A stretch of DNA of 64,000 nucleotides, from positions 47,115 to 111,114 of the forward strand of contig CALXPT010000001.1 in assembly GCA_944390355.1 (NCBI GenBank). The letters run 5' to 3'. Below the pieces are notes generated by a model, which was not told the DNA's origin, made no database searches, and saw only the letters and a list, made by a program, of their open reading frames with translations. Source of the DNA: an uncultured Alphaproteobacteria bacterium. Lineage in GTDB: Bacteria > Pseudomonadota > Alphaproteobacteria > RF32 > CAG-239. Every line of letters starts with the position of its first letter. Positions within the stretch are counted from its first letter, which is position 1. Shown piece by piece: positions 9,400-18,609 of the stretch. The position numbers and the translations under genes were made by a program.

Positions 9400-11547
9400 T
9401 TATTGTGCCGAACGCGCTACATAGCTGACTACTTTGCTTGCTTTAAGTGCCGTTATTATATCATTTAGGTGTTTGACATCCTTAACTTCAACATCAATTA
9501 ATATTTCAAAATAACTCACCGTGCGATAAATAATATTCAAATTGGCAATATTGCCGTTATTGCGGGCTACCAGATTTGATAAATCCGCTAATGCTCCAGG
9601 TTCGTTTGAAAGCATTATTTTTAATCTGCCGACATGGAGTTCGGATGAGGCATCATCCCCCCATGCGATATCCAGCCACCGCTCCGGTTCGTTTGAAAAT
9701 TTTTCAAGAACTTTGCAGTCTATGGTATGAACGGCAACGCCTTTGCCCGTGGTTACGATGCCGACTATTCTATCCCCAGGCAGTGGGTGGCAGCAGCCCG
9801 CAAAATGAACTGCCATTCCGGGGACCAGTCCCTTTATTTTCAAAGGCTCACTCTTGCTTTTCTTTTTCAAAACACTCTTTAGGCTCGGGACTTTTATCGC
9901 CTTGACGACTTTTTCTAATTTGGACTGTTTATAGGCCGGATATACCGCGCGCAAAACATCCCAACCGGTAATTAATCCTTCTCCGACTTTGGCATAGATG
10001 TCATCGATTGATTCCGCCTCAAAATTGGGCAAGACATTTACTAATCCTTTTTCGGAAAACTCCAAATTTTCCGACTTAAACTGCCGCTCTAAAATATCTC
10101 GTCCCAAGGCTATAAACTGGTCGCGCTTATGGGCTCTGACATAGCGTCTGATGGCCGCTTTGGCTTTGCCGGTTACAACAAAACGCTCCCACTCGGTTGA
10201 GGGGTGTTGGGCTTTGGAGGTTAAAACCTCTACTTGGTCTCCGTTTTGCAAAACCGTGCGCAACGGTTTAATCTCACCGTTAATTTTGGCGCCGACACAG
10301 GTATCTCCGACTGAAGAATGAACCGCATAGGCAAAGTCTACCGGCGTTGAGTTCACCGGCAAGCCAATCAGGTCTCCTTTAGGCGTGAAGCAAAATACTT
10401 GGTCATTATACATCTCAAGTTTGGTATTTTCCAAAAACTCTTCCGGATTTTGTGCCTGATCCAAAATCTCAAGCAACTCTCTAATCCAGCGGAAATTGCG
10501 TCCCTCAACTTTTTGCCCTTGCTTATAAGCCCAATGTGCGGCAACGCCCTTTTCGGCAACCTCATGCATTTCCGTCGTGCGAATTTGTATTTCTATTCTC
10601 GTGTTTTCCGGCCCGATAACTCCTGTGTGAATAGACTTATAGCCGTTGGGTTTCGGCGTCGAGATATAGTCCTTAAAACGGCGCGGAATCATGTGGTATT
10701 TGCTATGTATTACCCCTAATGCCTGATAGCAGGTACCGATATCGTCAACGCAAATTCGAAAGGCCATAATATCGGATAATTGTTCAAAGGAAGCATTCTT
10801 TTGCTGCATCTTGCGCCAAATTGAATATGGGGTCTTTTCTCGGCCGGTTATACTCGCCTTAATGCCGTTTTCTTCCATGTCTTTTTGCAGTTGTTCTATG
10901 ATTTTCGGAACAATGTTGCTGTCCTTTTCGCGCAAAAAGTTTAAACGGGCAACAATGGAATCGTGCGCCTCTTTATGCAGCTCGGCAAACGCTATTTCTT
11001 CCAGCTCGCTCTTGACTTCCTGCATACCGATACGCTCGGCCAAAGGCGCGTAAATGTCTAATGTTTCTTTGGCTATACGCGCACGTTTTTCGGGTTTGCA
11101 AAAGTGCAGAGTCCGCATATTGTGCAAGCGGTCTGCCAACTTTATTAACAAAACGCGGATATCATCCGACATGGCCAGCAAAAGTTTGCGAAAATTTTCG
11201 GCCTGTTTGCTGTTGACTGACTTTTGCTCAATCATTGCTAATTTGGTTAAACCATCAACGATTGATGCTACTTGTTCGCCAAAAAGAGAGCGTATTTCTT
11301 CAATCGTGGTGTCGGTGTCTTCAACCGTGTCATGCAAAAGTCCGGCAACTATTGAGCTACAGTCCAGTTTGAATTTGGTTAAAATACCGGCGACCTCTAT
11401 CGGATGCGAATAGTAGGGGTCGCCCGATTCACGAAGTTGGGCACCGTGTTTTTTCATAGCAAAGACATAGGCGCGGTTTAGAGCATCTTCATCTGCGTCG
11501 GGGTCATAGGATTTTACTAATTCAACAAGCTCATACTGTCTTAGCAT
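9400..11547 (-). CDS. spoT: Bifunctional (p)ppGpp synthetase/hydrolase (Rsh/SpoT)
   Basis: HD hydrolase domain (HDTVEDT), RelA/SpoT synthetase domain, TGS and ACT domains; 715 aa. Confidence 0.9.
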   Translation of the reverse strand: MLRQYELVELVKSYDPDADEDALNRAYVFAMKKHGAQLRESGDPYYSHPIEVAGILTKFKLDCSSIVAGLLHDTVEDTDTTIEEIRSLFGEQVASIVDGLTKLAMIEQKSVNSKQAENFRKLLLAMSDDIRVLLIKLADRLHNMRTLHFCKPEKRARIAKETLDIYAPLAERIGMQEVKSELEEIAFAELHKEAHDSIVARLNFLREKDSNIVPKIIEQLQKDMEENGIKASITGREKTPYSIWRKMQQKNASFEQLSDIMAFRICVDDIGTCYQALGVIHSKYHMIPRRFKDYISTPKPNGYKSIHTGVIGPENTRIEIQIRTTEMHEVAEKGVAAHWAYKQGQKVEGRNFRWIRELLEILDQAQNPEEFLENTKLEMYNDQVFCFTPKGDLIGLPVNSTPVDFAYAVHSSVGDTCVGAKINGEIKPLRTVLQNGDQVEVLTSKAQHPSTEWERFVVTGKAKAAIRRYVRAHKRDQFIALGRDILERQFKSENLEFSEKGLVNVLPNFEAESIDDIYAKVGEGLITGWDVLRAVYPAYKQSKLEKVVKAIKVPSLKSVLKKKSKSEPLKIKGLVPGMAVHFAGCCHPLPGDRIVGIVTTGKGVAVHTIDCKVLEKFSNEPERWLDIAWGDDASSELHVGRLKIMLSNEPGALADLSNLVARNNGNIANLNIIYRTVSYFEILIDVEVKDVKHLNDIITALKASKVVSYVARSAQ

Positions 11548-11696
11548 CTTTTCTCTCTAGTTCTTTTCTTATAACTTTTTAAACCATGCCTTTGTAAAGA
11601 CAAAAAATCCGGTTTACGACTGTTGCGATTCGCCAAAATTTATACTTGCAACAATTATAAACCGGAGAAAATTAAAAAATGCTGAATCGGAGATTA

Positions 11697-12167
11697 TTAT
11701 TCTTCGTCGTCGAAATCACCGCCCATATCATCTCCGAAATCATCATCTCTCAATTCCGAATCAAGGGAGATGTCATCTTCATCACCTTCCAAATCAATAT
11801 CTTCATCGGAATCGTGAATCTGCATCGTATCGTCAACATCCGCAACATCCAACTGGACGGCAGAAAACTGGTCATCCAACTCGGCCAATTCTTTTTCGGC
11901 GGCCATGATTTCAAGCTCTTCTTCCTCCGGTTCTTCAACCTCAACATATTTTTGCAAGCCCAAGACCAAAGATTTTTGCAACTCTTCAATATTAACGGTA
12001 TTTTCCGCAATCTCTCTTAAAGCAATTACCGGATTTTTGTCATTATCCTTAGAGACCGTAATCGGTGCTCCGGCGCTAATGTCTTTTGCTCTTTGAGCCG
12101 CTATCATCAGCAACTCATAGCGATTAGGGATTTTTTCAACACAATCTTCAACTGTAACGCGTGCCAT
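11697..12167 (-). CDS. rpoZ: RNA polymerase omega subunit with long acidic C-terminal extension
   Basis: N-terminus MARVTVEDCVEKIPNRYELLMIAAQRAKDI is the RpoZ signature; the C-terminal ~70 residues are D/E-rich (DDFGDDMGGDFDDEE). Confidence 0.85.
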   Translation of the reverse strand: MARVTVEDCVEKIPNRYELLMIAAQRAKDISAGAPITVSKDNDKNPVIALREIAENTVNIEELQKSLVLGLQKYVEVEEPEEEELEIMAAEKELAELDDQFSAVQLDVADVDDTMQIHDSDEDIDLEGDEDDISLDSELRDDDFGDDMGGDFDDEE

Positions 12168-12278
12168 TTTCTATAACCTTGTTAAAAAAAATTACAAATC
12201 TTGTTGCATAGTACACTATTTTTGATATGAATTGCAAGCATTATTTGAAAAAAAATATTTTTTTGGCAATTTATTTTT

Positions 12279-12312
12279 AAGCCCGCTCTGTTTTAATCAG
12301 CGCGGGCTTTAA
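12279..12312 (-). terminator. Rho-independent terminator downstream of the DUF1566 gene (copy 1)
   Basis: GC hairpin gcccgc...gcgggc with flanking T/A runs. Confidence 0.5.
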
Positions 12313-12331
12313 TGTTTTTATGGTCAAGAAC

Positions 12332-13189
12332 CTAAAAAGCTAGGACTGGACGAACGTAACCGCCATTGCTATTCTTACCGTAGCCGTACACACCACCATT
12401 ACTGAAGCTCAATCCCCAAGCATGGTAACTAGAATTCTCGGAAGAAGACCAATACCAATCTGTCCCCAATTTTGTTCCGCCGATTTTCCCTAAAGCCGTG
12501 TTCAAAACATCTTTATTTTGATATATGGCATTCAACTCTCCCATAGCTGGCAAATACCAATCTCCGGCTTTTGTTCCATCTGTTTTATAGCTATTCACAT
12601 ATTCAACTGCAGGACAACCTCTCACATTCGTCTTGCAATACTCCAACACCAAACGCGTATTATTTTTACCTTGCCAATCTGCTGTTGCCGCTGATGATGA
12701 ACTATAATTTGATAATGTCGGTACATCAAAATATTCATCCGACCATTCTTTCCTCTCTGTATCCAATCCTATCGCCAAATGGTTAGTCGTATCAAACACC
12801 ACACCGATTGGCTTTTTAGACGCTACAACATTCGGATCACAACTCTTATCCGAATACAAGATATCGCCGATTTGACAATTACTCGACGATGCTCCGTTTT
12901 CTATTGTTACAATTTTTTCCTCTATTGTTGTTATTTTATTAGTGATTTCCGTTATCTTATTCGTTTGTTCGGTTATTTTGTTAGTTAGCTCCGTTATTTG
13001 AGTGCTTAAATCGCTTGCTGTGCAGTTCCATGCATTGCCGAACGGGCATTTAATACCGCCGTTACATGATTGACTGGAAGTATACCCCAAACTTGAACAA
13101 CTCGGGGTTTGGATACAGGCAGCCTCCGCCACACCGCTCAACAAACCACTCACCATCAAAGCTGATGAATATAATAAAAACTTTCTCAT
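12332..13189 (-). CDS. Secreted DUF1566 (Lcl C-terminal-like) protein with NKIT heptad repeats, cassette copy 1
   Basis: Signal peptide MRKFLLYSSALMVSGLLSGVAEA, Cys-rich N-module, tandem ITE(L/Q/I)TNKIT repeats, C-terminal DUF1566-like motifs (GDWYLP..EL, DWYWSSSE, AWGLSFSNG). Start moved to the internal Met. Confidence 0.7.
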   Translation of the reverse strand: MRKFLLYSSALMVSGLLSGVAEAACIQTPSCSSLGYTSSQSCNGGIKCPFGNAWNCTASDLSTQITELTNKITEQTNKITEITNKITTIEEKIVTIENGASSSNCQIGDILYSDKSCDPNVVASKKPIGVVFDTTNHLAIGLDTERKEWSDEYFDVPTLSNYSSSSAATADWQGKNNTRLVLEYCKTNVRGCPAVEYVNSYKTDGTKAGDWYLPAMGELNAIYQNKDVLNTALGKIGGTKLGTDWYWSSSENSSYHAWGLSFSNGGVYGYGKNSNGGYVRPVLAF

Positions 13190-13296
13190 TTTCTTTCTCC
13201 TGTAGGCGGGGCCTACCGCCACCAATTTTGCATTGTGCCCAGACCACCGCATTGTTAATAATTATTGGTTATTTTTCCCTCTCTCTTGACTTTGAA

Positions 13297-14157
13297 CTAT
13301 TGTTCAAAAGCGCAATAGTCGCACCAGTCGGTGCAGCCGGTTGCGCAACCGGTTACAATATATAAACTCGAGCATTCCTCATAAGTGCAGACCGAACACG
13401 GCGGACATTCGCTCTCCGTGCCTAAGTTCGGGCAGGGCTCACATTCCGAACACAAGGTTGTATTACCTGTTCGACAAGTCGGTGTGCCTGCTTTGCACCC
13501 CATATCGCCGCAGTCCAAAAATCCCGAACAGTCTTTCTCTTTGATTTGGTACAAATCACCATCACAAGATTTACAAGGTTCTCCGTCCGCCTCATAACCG
13601 TCGGGAATAGAACCTAATGTGTATTTGTATTCTGCCGGACAAGTCGGCGTACAACAGTCTTTGTATAAACCATTGCCGCAGACCGTACCGACACCTTTTA
13701 ACGGAGCTTCGCAAGTTTTGTAATCACTCGGACAATCCGGAATACATTCGGCAAAATATTTGTTATTCAGCGGACAATATTTGTTGCCTTTATAGCCGCT
13801 TGGGCAAGAGGTTTTGTCATAGCCCATTTTGATACAGCTGTCGGCATCACCACCCCCTGGGGGAATAACTTCCGGTGTGCCGCTTTCTAAATCCGTGCCG
13901 ACAAAATCCGCGCCGCCGCAGTCTTCGGTATCGGTGATAAAGCACACCTGCGCAACTTTAACCTCCGGCCGCTCGCTAAAACTCGGCGAAGACAAATGTC
14001 GAGCCATGAGGTGTGAAGTGTGTGATGTGTGTAATTTAGCATAGCTCGGAACTGGAGGTGCTTTCAGATTAAAACCAATTGATGCTTGAGCTTGATTATC
14101 CAACCAAGCCAAGCTTAATGCTGTTGCACACAGCAAAAGGCAACCCTTTTTCATCAT
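13297..14157 (-). CDS. Secreted cysteine-rich protein (~40 Cys), cassette copy 1
   Basis: Signal peptide; CxxC and CPxxY-rich modules; ~80% identical to the 38965..39840 product. Confidence 0.7.
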   Translation of the reverse strand: MMKKGCLLLCATALSLAWLDNQAQASIGFNLKAPPVPSYAKLHTSHTSHLMARHLSSPSFSERPEVKVAQVCFITDTEDCGGADFVGTDLESGTPEVIPPGGGDADSCIKMGYDKTSCPSGYKGNKYCPLNNKYFAECIPDCPSDYKTCEAPLKGVGTVCGNGLYKDCCTPTCPAEYKYTLGSIPDGYEADGEPCKSCDGDLYQIKEKDCSGFLDCGDMGCKAGTPTCRTGNTTLCSECEPCPNLGTESECPPCSVCTYEECSSLYIVTGCATGCTDWCDYCAFEQ

Positions 14158-14346
14158 AATACACCTCGCATAAAGTTCTAATTACATTTGTCTTCACGAC
14201 TCGTATTATAACACAAAAGAAAATTCCTTTCAATAGAAATTTTCAAGGCTGGACAAGGGTTTGGGCGAAGTGTTTTGCATAAAAAATCTTTAATTCTTTA
14301 TTTACATTTTTTTGCTAGTATCCTTACAATCGACGATTAGGGAGGA

Positions 14347-14562
14347 ATGTTTATGAACGCTCGAAAATTTGAGAACTTTGATTGGTCGAAATACGGAAAG
14401 TCTTCTAATGTCCGCCGCGGCGATATTTCTATGATTGCTACCACTATTATTAAAAACGGCGAGATTGTTGCTTCGCCCTCCAGACAACGCTTCGTTTGGC
14501 CCAGCTCTTTTGAAGAAAGTGCTTCTAACTTTATTTCCAAACGCGTGCGGGGTCGTTTCTAG
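14347..14562 (+). CDS. Hypothetical small protein, 71 aa
   Basis: AGGGAGGA Shine-Dalgarno 7 nt upstream of the ATG; the next ORF follows 3 nt later. Confidence 0.45.
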   Translation: MFMNARKFENFDWSKYGKSSNVRRGDISMIATTIIKNGEIVASPSRQRFVWPSSFEESASNFISKRVRGRF

Positions 14563-14565
14563 TTC

Positions 14566-14883
14566 ATGATTAAAGGTTTAATCGCTCTTTTTGTCAGCGG
14601 AATTATTTTTAATCCGGTCGTATTGCTCGGCATTATTATCGGTGCGTTTTGTGCCGTAAGGTTTGATTTGGAACAAATATTTGCGATTTTTAGGTCTTTT
14701 TCTTTTTTGGGATTAGCAATCCTCGTTTCTTTAATCTATAATTTTACGTTAAACAAACGTTTTCAGGATGACGAAATCACTCCCGATTATAAGGAAATAT
14801 TAAAAAATACTTTGAAATCCGCCGCACTATTTTACATCGCAAGTGCTTGCGGTGCTTTGCTGATTAATTTTATTGTCATTTAG
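14566..14883 (+). CDS. Hypothetical membrane protein (3 TM), 105 aa
   Basis: Hydrophobic segments; operon-like with the preceding ORF. Confidence 0.45.
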   Translation: MIKGLIALFVSGIIFNPVVLLGIIIGAFCAVRFDLEQIFAIFRSFSFLGLAILVSLIYNFTLNKRFQDDEITPDYKEILKNTLKSAALFYIASACGALLINFIVI

Positions 14884-14900
14884 CCAGCGGACAAATATCT

Positions 14901-15074
14901 CTATAACGAAATATCCACATTTTTACCGACGGTTGATGAGGTCGGCACGCTTCTATCCGGATCAAGCAATGTTTCTATCATTTGTTGTTGGGCTTCTATT
15001 TGCTCTTTTATCAGAGACATTTGCATCTCTTGAACAGCAAGAGCGTATGAGCCCAATGCGCCTATTTCTGCCAT
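14901..15074 (-). CDS. YjfB-family putative motility protein, 57 aa (not in the ORF track)
   Basis: Manual translation gives MAEIGALGSYALAVQEMQMSLIKEQIEAQQQMIETLLDPDRSVPTSSTVGKNVDISL with GGAGA Shine-Dalgarno upstream. The C-terminal G(K/Q)N(V/I)DI motif and the Q-rich helix match the YjfB motility family. Confidence 0.5.
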   Translation of the reverse strand: MAEIGALGSYALAVQEMQMSLIKEQIEAQQQMIETLLDPDRSVPTSSTVGKNVDISL

Positions 15075-15270
15075 GACACATTATCTCCCTCTTATACTTT
15101 TGTTTTATTATAACATAAAAATCTTAATCATTCACTAAAAAAAATATGACAAAACTCGCCGTTTTGTCCGCCAGACATTTTATATTCGTCTTGTCTTTTT
15201 TTAAATTTTATTTGCGCTTATTTTATTTTGAGTCTATCTTAAGTTTTGAAAATGTTTTGGAGTACATAAG

Positions 15271-17076
15271 TTGCCTGATATTCGCCTAGGACTGGAAATA
15301 TTAAAAAAACATATTGCAATCGCTCCCGAAAAACCGGGGGTTTATCGCATGCTCGGCGATAATGATAAGGTCTTGTATGTCGGCAAGGCAAAAAATATTA
15401 AACGGAGAATCACCTCTTATTCTCATATCAACAAACTTCCCGTTCGTTTGCAACGTATGGTCTCCGAAATTAAACGCATGGAGTTCATCATTGTTGAAAA
15501 CGAAGCAAAAGCTTTGCTGGTCGAAAATGAACTGATTAAAAATCTTGAACCCAAATACAATATTTTACTCAAAGATGACAAGACCTTTCCGCATTTGGTG
15601 ATTGATGTTGCCTCCCCTTATCCGGCTCTGCGAAAATACCGCGGGGCTCGCAATGATAAAAGTAAATATTTCGGCCCGTTTGCCAGCATCGGTGCCGTTA
15701 ACTCGGTTTTAGACGTTATTCAAAAGGCTTTTTTGTTGCGCTCTTGCCGAGACAGTGTCTTTAATAACCGCGACAGGCCTTGTCTCCTCTATCAAATTAA
15801 ACGCTGCTCCGCTCCCTGCGTCGGAAAAATTTCGCAACTGGACTACCGAAAGCTCGTGGATGAGGCTGTAGCCTTTCTTGAAGGAAAAAACTCTAAAATT
15901 CAAGATGAGCTCGCCGTCTTGATGCAAAAGGCAAGTGATGACATGAATTTTGAACTTGCCATGATTTATCGCGACAGAATCCGCGCTCTGACCAATGTTC
16001 AAAGCGGAAATATGGTCGAATATGCAAATATTAAATCTTGCGATGTTATCGGAATGGTTCGCAAATCTAATTTGGTTTGTATTCAAGTGTTTTTTATCCG
16101 CGGCGGGCAAAACTGCGGGAATGCCCCCTATTTTCCCAAACAAACCGAAGGGGCGGAAGATAAAGAAATTTTGGAAGCATTTTTGAGTTCTTTTTACAAC
16201 AACCACATTCCGCCTAAAGAAATTGTTATTTCCGAAGAACTTGAAAACAAAGAGTTTTTTGAAGAGGCTCTCAATACGCACATCAACACCTATCAAAAAG
16301 GAAACAAGCACAAACTTATCGAGCGTGCGCTTGAAAATGCCGCCGCGGCCATTGACCGCAAAATTGCCCTTGAAGCATCCGTTTTGGAAAACCTCTCCGA
16401 AATGCAAAGAATTTTTAATTTGCCCTCCATTCCTCAACGTATTGAAGTTTATGACAACTCCCATATTCAAGGCAGTTATGCCATCGGTGCCATGATTGTT
16501 GCCACCCCTGAGGGGTTTGATAAAAAACAATATCGTACCTTTAACATTAAAAATCCTGACATTACCAATGATGACTTCGCCATGATGAAAGAAGTCCTTA
16601 CCCGTCGCTTTGAGCGAATGACGCCCGAAAACAAGCCCGATGTGATTTTGCTTGACGGCGGATTGGGGCAGTTGCATGCCGTGCATGAGGCCTTGAAAAA
16701 CTATGACCTTGCCGATATTGCCATCATCGCTATTTCCAAAGGACCGGACAGAAATGCCGGCAAAGAATTTTATCATCAGCTTGGCAAAGAAAGTTTCTCT
16801 CTGCCCTTCCAATCCCCCATCGCTTTTTATATGCAAAATATTCGTGATGAGGCTCATCGTTTTGCTATCGGGACGCATCGCAAAAAAAGAGAAAAATCAA
16901 TCACTAAATCACGCTTGGATGAAATCGATGGAATCGGGGCAAAAAGAAAACATGATTTACTCAATTTCTTCGGCTCCGTCGAAGAACTCTCCCAAGCCTC
17001 TCTCAAAGATATCGAAAAAGTTAGCGGTATCAGCAAAAAAACAGCGGAAAAAATTTTTAACTACTTCCATAGTTAA
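15271..17076 (+). CDS. uvrC: Excinuclease ABC subunit C
   Basis: GIY-YIG N-domain (GVYRMLGDNDKVLYVGKAKNIKRR), UvrBC domain, RNase H-like domain and C-terminal HhH; TTG start. Confidence 0.9.
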   Translation: MPDIRLGLEILKKHIAIAPEKPGVYRMLGDNDKVLYVGKAKNIKRRITSYSHINKLPVRLQRMVSEIKRMEFIIVENEAKALLVENELIKNLEPKYNILLKDDKTFPHLVIDVASPYPALRKYRGARNDKSKYFGPFASIGAVNSVLDVIQKAFLLRSCRDSVFNNRDRPCLLYQIKRCSAPCVGKISQLDYRKLVDEAVAFLEGKNSKIQDELAVLMQKASDDMNFELAMIYRDRIRALTNVQSGNMVEYANIKSCDVIGMVRKSNLVCIQVFFIRGGQNCGNAPYFPKQTEGAEDKEILEAFLSSFYNNHIPPKEIVISEELENKEFFEEALNTHINTYQKGNKHKLIERALENAAAAIDRKIALEASVLENLSEMQRIFNLPSIPQRIEVYDNSHIQGSYAIGAMIVATPEGFDKKQYRTFNIKNPDITNDDFAMMKEVLTRRFERMTPENKPDVILLDGGLGQLHAVHEALKNYDLADIAIIAISKGPDRNAGKEFYHQLGKESFSLPFQSPIAFYMQNIRDEAHRFAIGTHRKKREKSITKSRLDEIDGIGAKRKHDLLNFFGSVEELSQASLKDIEKVSGISKKTAEKIFNYFHS

Positions 17077-17140
17077 TTTTTTTGAATTATATTGTTTTTA
17101 GTTTTTGTTATCGTTAACCTTTTTTTGAGGACTGAATACC

Positions 17141-17842
17141 GTGTATAATCTTCCTAATTTGCTTACAATTTCTCGTATTGTCGTTATTCCGGTTATCTTT
17201 TTATCTATTTATATTCACTCTTTAGCGTGGTCCGTGTTTGCCGCAATCTTGTTTATCATTGCGTCCATTACCGATTATCTGGACGGGTATTTGGCACGCA
17301 GCCGTAATGAAACTTCTTCTTTCGGCCGATTGTTCGACCCGATTGCCGATAAACTCTTGGTCGTGTCGGCTCTGTTGATTATTGTTGCGAATCGATTGGT
17401 GCATGAAATCAGCTATATCCCCGTGGTGGTGATTTTGTGCCGTGAGGTGCTCGTTTCCGGCTTGAGAGAGTTCTTAGCCGAAGTTAAAGTCGGTTTGCCG
17501 GTTACCAGACTCGCCAAGTGGAAAACAGGGTTTCAAATGACGGCTCTTTCCTTGATTTTATTAGCCGGTGTAAGCTCCGTGTTTGCCATTATCGGTGAAG
17601 TTTTGCTCTGGGTGGCTGGTGCTTTGACTTTTATTACCGGTTATCAATATCTTGAAAAAGGTATGGAATATATTCGCGGCGAGGCGGCTTCTCAAACCAT
17701 TAAAAAGGAAGTTAAGGCTGCCACCCAAAAGGTCATTAAAGCGGCTAAAAATGTTAAGTCCGCCGTGGAAACTACCGCAAAAAAACACGCAATGAAAAAA
17801 CAGGCCAGAAAAGCTATTCAAAACAGCAAAAAAGCTAAGTAA
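17141..17842 (+). CDS. pgsA: CDP-diacylglycerol--glycerol-3-phosphate 3-phosphatidyltransferase with Lys/Ala-rich C-terminal tail
   Basis: CDP-alcohol phosphotransferase motif DYLDGYLAR...FGRLFDPIADK; an extra ~48-aa KA-rich tail (KKEVKAATQKVIKAAKNVK...). Confidence 0.85.
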   Translation: MYNLPNLLTISRIVVIPVIFLSIYIHSLAWSVFAAILFIIASITDYLDGYLARSRNETSSFGRLFDPIADKLLVVSALLIIVANRLVHEISYIPVVVILCREVLVSGLREFLAEVKVGLPVTRLAKWKTGFQMTALSLILLAGVSSVFAIIGEVLLWVAGALTFITGYQYLEKGMEYIRGEAASQTIKKEVKAATQKVIKAAKNVKSAVETTAKKHAMKKQARKAIQNSKKAK

Positions 17843-17865
17843 TTTCTATTTTTGAACGGCGACGG

Positions 17866-18555
17866 ATGGAAAAAGATATTCCGCATATTTTGGTTGTTGA
17901 TGATGATACAAGGCTGCGTTCCTTGTTGCAAAGATTTTTGCGGGAGAGTTCTTTTTTGGTCTCCTCCGCAAAAAATGCCGATGAAGCGCGCGAGCGTCTC
18001 AAGGAATATGTGTTTGATGTTTTGATTGTCGATATTATGATGCCTCATGAAAGCGGCCTTGAATTTTTAGAAAAACTACGGCAAGTCAGCGATGTTCCGG
18101 TTATTTTGTTGACCGCAATGGGAACACCCGATGACCGTATTACGGGCTTGGAAACAGGTGCCGATGATTATCTGCCCAAGCCTTTTGAACCCAAAGAACT
18201 TTTGCTCCGTATCAAAAATATTTTAAAACGCGTACCGCAGAAAGGTGCAAAAACTGCTGATACGCTTTCGTTAGGGCTTTGCTTATACAATGTTTGCAGC
18301 AAAGAGCTTTTAACCAAAGCAGGACAGATTATTCATATTACGCCGGTGGAGCAGACTCTTATGGCGGTTCTGGCTCAAAAACCAGGGCAGATTTTTTCGC
18401 GTGAAAGATTAGCGGAAATACTCGGGGCGGGGCAGAATCCGCGTTCTATTGACGTACAGATTACACGTCTACGCAAAAAGATTGAGAAAGACTCTAAAAA
18501 TCCACGCTTTTTACAGACCGTTCGCGGCAAAGGATATATGCTTCTGCCGGAATGA
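17866..18555 (+). CDS. OmpR-family response regulator (possibly CenR-like)
   Basis: REC domain (VVDDD, D at DIMMP, KPFEPKELLLRI) plus winged-helix (RLRKKIE...TVRGKGY); no adjacent kinase gene. Confidence 0.8.
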   Translation: MEKDIPHILVVDDDTRLRSLLQRFLRESSFLVSSAKNADEARERLKEYVFDVLIVDIMMPHESGLEFLEKLRQVSDVPVILLTAMGTPDDRITGLETGADDYLPKPFEPKELLLRIKNILKRVPQKGAKTADTLSLGLCLYNVCSKELLTKAGQIIHITPVEQTLMAVLAQKPGQIFSRERLAEILGAGQNPRSIDVQITRLRKKIEKDSKNPRFLQTVRGKGYMLLPE

Positions 18556-18609
18556 TTTGGAAGATATTTTCGGAGTGGGGTATTGGGAGGGGAAGCGAGT
18601 ATTCTCTCT

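Noticed and set aside
9400-11547. Several 60-120-aa ORFs on both strands within spoT
   Set aside because: They are antisense or alternative frames inside a well-supported 715-aa gene.
14873-15076. 67-aa plus-strand ORF
   Set aside because: It has a TTG start and an Arg-rich low-complexity product; the opposite strand encodes a YjfB-like small protein with a Shine-Dalgarno.
15709-16878. 389-aa minus-strand ORF
   Set aside because: It lies entirely antisense within uvrC, has a low-complexity G/F/N-rich product and no motifs, so it is an antisense artefact.
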